From: Macrostomum lignano
Taxonomy: Eukaryota
Assembly (NCBI GenBank): GCA_002269645.1
Contig: NIVC01002279.1
Location: 1-64,000 of the forward strand
DNA length: 64,000 nt
Direction of reading: 5' to 3'
The notes beneath the pieces were generated by a model. That model saw only the letters and a program-made list of their open reading frames with translations. It was not told the DNA's origin and ran no database searches. Within the stretch, counting starts at the first letter, position 1. Each line of letters starts with the position of its first letter. The position numbers and the translations under genes are program-made. Positions 60,229 through 64,000 of this stretch are shown piece after piece.

Positions 60229-63200
60229 GTTCTAGGTCTAAAATAAGTATATGTACATCATAAAGTATAAGCTATATACCACAATTAAAATAATTCAGGC
60301 AGATGATCATACATGTGCAACACCTGGCCAACCAAGCCAATCTGGCTAGCTAGCAAAGGGCCTAACCAAGGTAAGTCACAAAAATGCCCACCCAAAAAGA
60401 TACAGATATAGTACTAATTAGATTAGATGATAACAACAAGGCATTTAGCCTTAAAAAGACAATCATAGTTACTCTTGCCATTTATCTAGAATTGCATTGA
60501 TTTTCCTTTAGGGTTTATTTTATAGGTAAGTTGCATTTTTGCTCAAAAAGTAAGTTGCATAGCCAGTGTAAATCAGGGGAATTGCACATATGTGCAACAT
60601 GAGACTTTAATATATTATTTTATTAATAATATTGAAACAGCTCAATTATTTCACTCATAGTCTACAAGTTGAATTCCTGTGAAAATGCTAACTATTTTGA
60701 ATAGTACATTTATTTTGAATAAATAAACAAATTTTTTTTTGTTATAAATGTATGAAGTTTTGCTTATAAAAAGGAGCAAGTTTTGCCTCAAAAAAATAAT
60801 TATCTTGCATCCTTGCACAGTTTGACTGCTTAAAGCACTTAGTTTGATATCACTACTCAGACATTTAAGAGAGAATTGAGAACAACTTATTCATTTGGTA
60901 TAAAGGATTCTAAGAAAGGTTCAAAGAGGTTGCAAAGAAGATATTTTAAGATCTATGCAAAGCAATACTTAAGAATAGCACCGTGATACTCTGATCTTGG
61001 TAATGCCTAATTGGATATACATCTATACCAGTATTAGACTGCTTAGGCCAGAATGCTACTATATATAAGATGCTACCTAGAACCCTACTATACATAAAAA
61101 ACTACCCAAAACACTACTATATATAAGAGACAATTTCCAAAATATATATTAGACACCATTCTAAGAAATAGTTAGGTATAATAATAGTAGACATTTATAA
61201 GAGAGAACCTAATATCTTGTCACAGCTGGTGGCATAATAATAGGACTATTTATTAAGACAGAAGCAACCCCTAGCACAACTTAGTGGCATCAGTATAATT
61301 TATAAATAAAAAACACCTGCTACAACTTTGGCAACTAATTGGTAGAATTATTTCAAAGGATAGAACTAACCCCTATAACAATTCTAACAGACTAAATGAC
61401 TTAAACTGCAATTGATTTGGATTTACTTTTAAAGAGATAAAAGCAACTTAAAATTAAGTTTTTTCAATGATTAATGGAGTCTTATTTTTTGTCTTTGTAG
61501 CAACATATAGTCTGGCATCGCCTGCCTTATAATGTTTTTTGTGGACCAATTTTCATAAATATATAAACTAAATGTTTTTGAAAACTTCTCAGCAAGATCT
61601 AGTATGATCAGGCCAAGATATATGCAAATATTTTAATACTTTTCAAATTAAAAATATCATTGGATTAGACTCATTGACTTATAGACTGGAGGCCTATTAA
61701 TACTCAACTCAAAATGATATTATGACATGACAATAGATAGGCCTAGCCAAGCCATAGCTTAGCTTCTAGCTAATAAGATATTTATATTTATTCATAAAAA
61801 CTAATACAAGAATAAATGCTAATAATTATCATATAAATATCAAAATGATGCTTTTTAAAAGCCTTTAATATTTTTATCCTTTTTTAGTGAACAAAAAAAT
61901 GTTGTAAAAATTATGTCCTAAATTCAATATTTTAGCAGTTCTAAAATTTTAATGAACATAACAATAATAACTGTAATTTGTAATTAGCATATATTAAAGG
62001 GAATTTAAAGTCAATGTCAAAGATACCTACTTTAGTTCCTAATCCTTCTTATAAGATTCTATAGATGCTTTAGCTACAGCTTCACTTACTTTTGCTACTA
62101 TTACTATTTCAATGTCTTTAAAAAAGAAAAATCCATTTGATATCTTAATGAGAAAGGCCAAAAGGGGCTATCCAAGATGGCCAAGAATAGAATAGTAGCA
62201 AAGAGAAATACCAAGACCAATGTGTGTCAGTGACTGCAACTGCAACTATCACTAATAGCCAGATAGCAATGCAAGACTGCCCAAAGTATTCACTTCTGTG
62301 AGCCATATCTAGGCACAAATAAAAAATTAAAACATTGTTCAATTGTATAAAATGATGACTATCATAAAAAATGTCACTTAGAAAAGTAAATAAAAATATT
62401 TGTTTACATTCTCAATCTGTAAGAAGTATGAAAATAAATGTGAAAAAAAAACTTCTTAGGCTCATTTTTTCTTTTACAATGCTAACTACAAGTACTAAAA
62501 TATTCCCACTGCAGCTTTCTATGGTGCTTTCTGACTAGCAGCCACAGTAGCATTCTGTGGTACCTTTTGACCAGCAGCTAGAAAAGCTCTGTGGTACTTT
62601 CTAACTAGCAGGCATAATAACTTTCTGTGGTACCTTCTGACAAGTAGCCATAAGAGCTCTCTATTATACTTTCTGACTAGCAACTGTAGTAGCCCTCTAT
62701 GGTACTTTCTGACTAGCAGCTACAAAAGCATTCTGTGCTGCTTTCTGACTAGCAACTGCAGCAGCCCTCCATTGTGCTTCTTGACCAGCAGCTGCTGCAA
62801 TACTCAGTGATATCTTAGGACTAGCAGCACTTGTCACTTTTTGTAGACTAGCAGCCATATGATAGTATAATATTAGTTCCAAGAGTGCAACAACATTTGC
62901 ATGTTTTCATAGGTAGCTTCAAAGTTTCATAAGCTTCAAAGCTCCAATGTTGACTCCTATTGTCCTATGTGATAAGCCCCTTCACACTTCAAAATTTAAT
63001 TTTGAAGACAAATGCAAACAAAAACTAAACAATGCAGTGAAATTGTTTTCCAAGTTGGTATTAACAAAGACAAAGGTGAATTCTGACTCTTGGCAAGCCA
63101 ATTATCAATGCCAAAAATTTGGTGTCGAACTAATAGCCTGTGAGTTTAATATGGCTATACCTAATAGTGAAGACACTATTCTGTGCTGCGAGCTCTATTT

Positions 63201-64000
63201 GCACCCAAAAGTGGTAAAGCAACTTAACTAGCTCCCACTAAATTATACATTGTGCAAGCTCACAGCATCATGTAATTATTGTTTTATATCATTTTATTGC
63301 ACTTAATTAAGAAGTTTAAAAACTTTTGAACTATTTTATTGTTTTAACAATTAGCAGATCTTATACTTATAGACATTATAACCCATAGACAAATAAGCAA
63401 TACTTTTTATACTATTTCTGCCTTGTCCCTATCTTTAGGAATCATAATTCTATTTGCAGCATCTTGATTAGCTATTGGATCACACTTGAAAAGATAAACA
63501 AACTACTTGCTGATGGCCCAAAATTTTCACAACTCTATTACACTATAGCACAACATCCCATCAATAGTAAAGAGACAAATCAGGCTGCTATAGACAAGCT
63601 CAATACAAAGAAAAGTCTGCTCTAGCACAAGTTAGCCATTGTTTGCAATTTATTAATATGTACTATAGAAAACATGGAAATTGCTTTTGGTGGGTGTCAC
63701 TATGAGACTCTAATGTCATTACTCACCACATATAGTGCTAACATTAGTAATATCTGTCATGGTTGGGTTTTAATGCTAAGTATTCTAGCTCAATAAAAAT
63801 GGTACATATTTAGTTTGAGTTATTGCTATCTATATTAACATTAATATAATTTATAATATTGTACTAAAACTATGCCAACCTTTTCTATCTATCAGTTTGC
63901 CACCAAATTTCTGTTTTATTTGTGATAAGAACACTGCAAGTAAGGCAGAAAATGGTTTTACTTTTAGAGTGATATAGTTAACTTACTAGTAAGTAGCAAC

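Overview
Eukaryotic (metazoan) genomic DNA with GT-AG introns. GC-rich exons sit among many intronic minisatellites, a style resembling Macrostomum-type flatworm genomes (inference, not verified). Five spliced genes could be reconstructed by hand. On + is a Notch receptor (8 exons, 3623-30422: 18 EGF, 3 LNR, HD, TM, RAM, 7 ANK, PEST; the 5' signal-peptide exon was not found), carrying two clear 1-bp frameshifts, a probable third frame problem and two lost cysteines. On - are HscB/HSC20 (33475-34622), ATP23 (35421-38114), SepSecS (39876-49084) and a GT7 beta-1,4-galactosyltransferase-like gene (54035-55618). Mobile DNA comprises a fossil FLYWCH-MULE transposase ending in a C3HC4 RING finger and split by a mariner at a TA, a full-length dead THAP/P element with 8-bp TSD, a 2.35-kb TIR element carrying a 61-bp array, two tRNA-headed SINE families and a 1.1-kb TSD-flanked insertion of unknown class. 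About 30 distinct tandem arrays are present. The most interesting leads are the MULE-RING fusion, a candidate SL trans-spliced SepSecS-ATP23-HscB operon, a sharply CpG-depleted domain at the right end, and the lesion-bearing, compact Notch with an atypical S1 region. All counts are by eye.
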